Of a stretch of 32,000 nucleotides of DNA, positions 30,296 to 32,000 are shown one piece after another (within the stretch, counting starts at the first letter, position 1; every line of letters starts with the position of its first letter). Origin of the DNA: Bellilinea caldifistulae (lineage in GTDB: Bacteria; Chloroflexota; Anaerolineae; Anaerolineales; Anaerolineaceae). The stretch spans positions 20,754 to 52,753 of the forward strand of contig NZ_LGHJ01000002.1 in assembly GCF_001306055.1 (NCBI RefSeq), given 5' to 3'. Made by a program: the position numbers and the translations under genes. Below the pieces are notes generated by a model. The model ran no database searches. It had not been told where the DNA came from and worked only from the letters and a program-made list of their open reading frames with translations.

Positions 30296-31687
30296 CTACT
30301 GCACCGCTGTGCCTTTGGTGCGCCCCATCCATTCGAGGTTTTCCAATTCTCCGAAGTGCTCTTTGAAGATGCGGTAGTAAAACAGCTCTTCTTTGGTGTG
30401 GAGAACCCATCCGTTGGGTAGTTGACGCTCGCGCTTGAAGTCGGCATCGCTGACGTGCTGGTTGGCGTACTCCTCGATCAGGTTTTGAACGCCAGCTCCC
30501 TGCCAGAATTTGGCTTTCGGTCGCCACAGTACCGCAGCAGGCAGCAGATCCTCCACGGCTCGTCGCAAAATCCATTTTTCAATGATTTCGTCCCCGCGCT
30601 TATACAGTTTGAATTGGGGTGGGATGCGCAGCGCAAAATCCACGACATCCGGGTCGGTAAACGGCACAAAGGGCACCACACCGTTTGCCTGCGCGCATCG
30701 GTCAACCCGCTGTAATGCGGTATTATGCAAGCGATTGAGAATGTCTTCCAGTTCAATCGGGAGGTTCTCTAACGGCAGGGACTTGAGATACTCGTAACCG
30801 GCAAACAATTCATCACCGGCTTCGCCGGATAGCACCGCCCCGGTGAAGTCCGAGACCATCTCGGCTGTCAGGTAGTTGGTTATCGAAGAACGAACCAGCA
30901 ATGCATCGAACGATTCCAGATGATAGATGACCTGAGGAAGAATGTTGAGCATTTCTTCCAGTGTTACGATGCGCTCATGGTGAATAGTATTCAAATGAAT
31001 CGCCATCTGACGGCTATATTCGAGGTCTTCTGCACCTTCCACACCGCTGACAAAAGAATGCAGACTGCGCACGTGGGGTCTGGCAAGAGCCGCAATGGCT
31101 GAAGAATCCAGTCCGCCCGAAAGCCAGCAGCCCATTTCATCGGTGATGATGCGGCGTAGAATCGCCTGCTCAAGGCGCATGCGTAAGCCGGTGATCAAAC
31201 TGTTTTCGTCCGCATCGCTGAAAGTTTGGGGATCAAATTTTTTGTAACGATGGAAGCCCCGGCTGGTGGTAAAAACCGTTGCCGGTGGAAATTCGTGAAT
31301 ATCCTTTATAACCGGTAAGAGGGCTTTTACTTCTGAAGAAAAAACAAGCGTCTCTCCTGTTTTGCCGTAGTACAAAGGCTTTACCCCCAGAGGGTCACGG
31401 GCGAGCATTAATTCATCCCCGCAAATCGCCGCCATGGCAAATGATATTCTGGTAGAAGAGAGGAAATCCTCATCCGGTAAAGGCGCGGATACACCATCCC
31501 AGACGGCCTGTTGTTCCAGGGTTAGCGGAACGGCTTGCTTTTCTACCGGATTCCAGCTTGCATACAGAGTAGCACGATGGCTACGAATCAATTTTTTGCT
31601 GCGTTTGCCGCGGTGGGCTATTTTTTCAATCATGCGAACGACCGTATCTTGTTCGCCAGGCCTGGCAATGCCTGCAATGGCTGCCAT
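30296..31687 (-). CDS. Asparagine synthase (AsnB)-family adenylating enzyme with a degenerate, Cys-less N-terminal amidotransferase domain
   Basis: 463 aa. The PP-loop is CWLSGGLDSSAIAALA. The N-terminus reads MAAIAGIA where class II amidotransferases have MCGI. The N-domain is short (about 150 aa). AGGAGGTG SD. Confidence 0.85.
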   Translation of the reverse strand: MAAIAGIARPGEQDTVVRMIEKIAHRGKRSKKLIRSHRATLYASWNPVEKQAVPLTLEQQAVWDGVSAPLPDEDFLSSTRISFAMAAICGDELMLARDPLGVKPLYYGKTGETLVFSSEVKALLPVIKDIHEFPPATVFTTSRGFHRYKKFDPQTFSDADENSLITGLRMRLEQAILRRIITDEMGCWLSGGLDSSAIAALARPHVRSLHSFVSGVEGAEDLEYSRQMAIHLNTIHHERIVTLEEMLNILPQVIYHLESFDALLVRSSITNYLTAEMVSDFTGAVLSGEAGDELFAGYEYLKSLPLENLPIELEDILNRLHNTALQRVDRCAQANGVVPFVPFTDPDVVDFALRIPPQFKLYKRGDEIIEKWILRRAVEDLLPAAVLWRPKAKFWQGAGVQNLIEEYANQHVSDADFKRERQLPNGWVLHTKEELFYYRIFKEHFGELENLEWMGRTKGTAVQ

Positions 31688-31855
31688 GATGACACCTCCT
31701 TTGATCTTTGAATTTGGTTGGGTTTTTTATAACCCAAAACAGCGGGGGAGTCAAATCAGGTCAATTAGGAGATTGTTGAAAAACAAATAACTGGGATTGA
31801 CGAAAAGGGGAAAACCTTAATACAATCGAACCAAACCACTTTGGAGATCAGCGGG

Positions 31856-32000
31856 ATGGAAAAGCAGCGTTTTGAAGAAACCGGCAAAGGATCATTTTTT
31901 GGGGACTATCTGTACGACCAAGTTGTAGCAGCCGATCATTTTTTGCGGAAATTGAATGAATTGATCGAGTGGAAACACTACACCCGCAAGTTAATTCGGC
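31856..32000 (+). mobile_element. 5' end of an IS5-like (DUF772 N-terminal domain) transposase gene; continues beyond the window
   Basis: MEKQRFEETGKGSFFGDYLYDQVVAADHFLRKLNELIEWKHYTRKLI matches the InsH/DUF772 N-terminal pattern (sfF.d.ly...vp.dH.LRkl...idW). An upstream promoter-like TTGACG-N18-TACAAT lies at 31798-31827. The IS terminal inverted repeat was not identified. Confidence 0.7.

Noticed and set aside
22375-31687. Link between the M42 peptidase and the AsnB-like gene as a NAGGN osmoprotectant trio
   Set aside because: The genes are 7 kb apart and separated by unrelated operons. No GNAT/ATP-grasp ngg gene is present, and the AsnB homologue lacks the glutaminase Cys.
1-32000. tRNA, rRNA, tmRNA, RNase P and SRP RNA genes
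   Set aside because: Visual scanning of the intergenic regions found no T-loop-like GGTTCGAATCC/GGTTCAAATCC contexts and no conserved RNase P, tmRNA or SRP core strings. A covariance-model scan would be needed to be definitive.

Overview
High-GC bacterial chromosomal window. Hand counts give about 41/60 G+C in a typical coding line. Genes are tightly packed, have strong Shine-Dalgarno sites and often overlap by ATGA or TGATG. The phylum cannot be assigned from the sequence alone. About 31 protein genes are supported.

Gene order:
- A partial Fur-family regulator, missed by the ORF track, lies divergent from a cbiM(PDGLE-fused)-cbiQ-cbiO Co/Ni ECF transporter.
- A NUDIX hydrolase is translationally coupled to an orphan solute-binding lipoprotein.
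- A MutS-domain-V ATPase lies divergent from a PEP/pyruvate-binding-domain protein.
- mgtC follows.
- Next is a ytrA-type operon: GntR, SPFH/stomatin, PLDc_N mini-protein, ABC ATPase and ABC-2 permease.
- hutU is followed by two paralogous single-pass membrane proteins.
- A DUF438/hemerythrin/PAS protein is paired with a DUF1858 protein.
- Then come a CBS protein, a large polytopic membrane protein, an M42 peptidase, a thioesterase, an Rrf2 regulator and surE.
- A histidine kinase and OmpR-type regulator pair follows.
- The window ends with a methyltransferase, a YjjX-type NTPase, a Cys-less asparagine-synthase homologue and the 5' end of an IS5-like (DUF772) transposase.

No tRNA, rRNA or bona fide CRISPR array was seen.

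The most unusual part is a gene-poor region of about 1.9 kb (13126-15052). It holds a low-GC two-gene cassette: an 84-aa unknown ORF overlapping a 78-aa GerE/LuxR-type HTH. Twin CCATATATGG palindromes precede the cassette. Arrays of perfect GC-rich hairpins sit on both sides, including two paralogous structured elements of about 80-100 nt. The region also carries three tandem 47-48-bp repeats next to an AT-rich tract. A 23-bp direct repeat lies toward each end of the region.

A GTTTCA-N2-3-TGAAAC palindrome recurs at the mgtC promoter and inside this island.
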